Origin: Chiloscyllium plagiosum | Taxonomy: Eukaryota | Direction of reading: 5' to 3' | Length of the DNA stretch: 64,000 nucleotides | NCBI RefSeq assembly: GCF_004010195.1 | Contig: NC_057749.1 | Location: forward strand, 6,717,416-6,781,415 | Notes under the pieces: model-generated | Told to the model about the DNA's origin: nothing | Databases searched by the model: none | The model's input: only the letters and a program-made list of their open reading frames with translations | In this document: piece after piece, positions 63,265 to 64,000 of the stretch | Layout: the number at the start of each line of letters is the position of its first letter | Position numbering within the stretch: position 1 is the stretch's first letter | Made by a program: the position numbers and the translations under genes

Positions 63265-64000
63265 AGAGTCATAGAGTCATACAGCACAGAAACAGATCAT
63301 TCGGTCCAACTCATCCATGCTGATCATGTTTCCCAAACTAACCTGGTCCCCATTGCCTGTGTTTTGGCCTATTTCCATCTAAAGCTTCCCTATTCATGTA
63401 ACAGTCCAAATGTGTTTTAAATATTGTGACAGTACCTGCATCTAACACTTCCTCTGACAGTTCATTCCATATACGCACCACCCTCTGTGTGAAAAAGTCC
63501 CTTTAAACCTTTCCCCTCTCACCTTAAAATTATGCTGTCGTGTCTTGGACTCTCCTACCCTAGGGAAAAAACCTTCACTATTCACCTTATCTAAGCCACT
63601 CATGATTTTATAAACCTCTACAACATCATCGAGTCATAGAGTCATACAGTATGGAAACAGACCCTTCCATTCATGCTGACCAAAATCCCAAACTAAACTT
63701 GTCCCATGTGTTTGCATTTGACACATGTCCCTCCAAACATTTTTTTGTTCATGTCCTTACCTAAATGTCTTTTAAATGTTGTAAATGCACCTGCATCCAC
63801 CATTCCCTCTGAAAGTTCATTCCACGCACAAACCACTCTCAGTGTAAAAGGTTGCCCCTGTGTCCTTCTTAAATCTTTCTCCTCTCACCTTAAACAAAAG
63901 CCTCCTAGTCTTGAATCCCCCACCTTAAGGAAGAGACACCTGCCATTCACCTTATCAATACTCCTCACGGTTTTATAAACCTCTATAAGGTCACCTCTCA
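63265..64000 (-). mobile_element. Two tandem antisense CR1 3' ends
   Basis: (agtcatag)n tails at about 63267 and about 63632. Confidence 0.85.

Noticed and set aside
1..64000. CRISPR arrays, operons or prokaryotic defence systems
   Set aside because: Intron-containing vertebrate locus; no regularly spaced repeat-spacer arrays or dense ORFs.

Overview
Eukaryotic, repeat-rich vertebrate DNA, almost certainly a shark: it carries many HE1-type V-SINEs and HER1/CR1-type LINE 3' ends. One protein-coding gene is supported, on the minus strand. It is the 3' half of a CELF-family (Bruno-like) RNA-binding protein gene, best matching CELF6. Seven GT-AG coding exons (61256-61399, 59931-60075, 54639-54788, 49631-49693, 34194-34274, 29682-29825, 13094-13221) splice in frame into 284 aa plus a stop, covering the end of RRM2, the divergent domain and RRM3. 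The 5' exons lie beyond position 64000. The introns are filled with SINEs (at least 4 families), CR1 fragments, Tigger-like MITEs, microsatellites and Penelope-like element (PLE) remnants; a probable solo LTR lies near the window start. The most striking non-coding signal is in the PLE remnants. About 15 of them carry minimal hammerhead-ribozyme cores (CUGANGA-stem II-GAAA-palindrome-NUH) from four sequence families whose stems covary. Many sit in short inverted-repeat insertions with 13-16 bp target-site duplications, and several intact cores lie on the CELF pre-mRNA strand. Almost all ORFs in the supplied track are repeat-derived or spurious. Repeat boundaries are approximate unless a TSD or TIR is quoted. 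Family names are from memory, not database searches.
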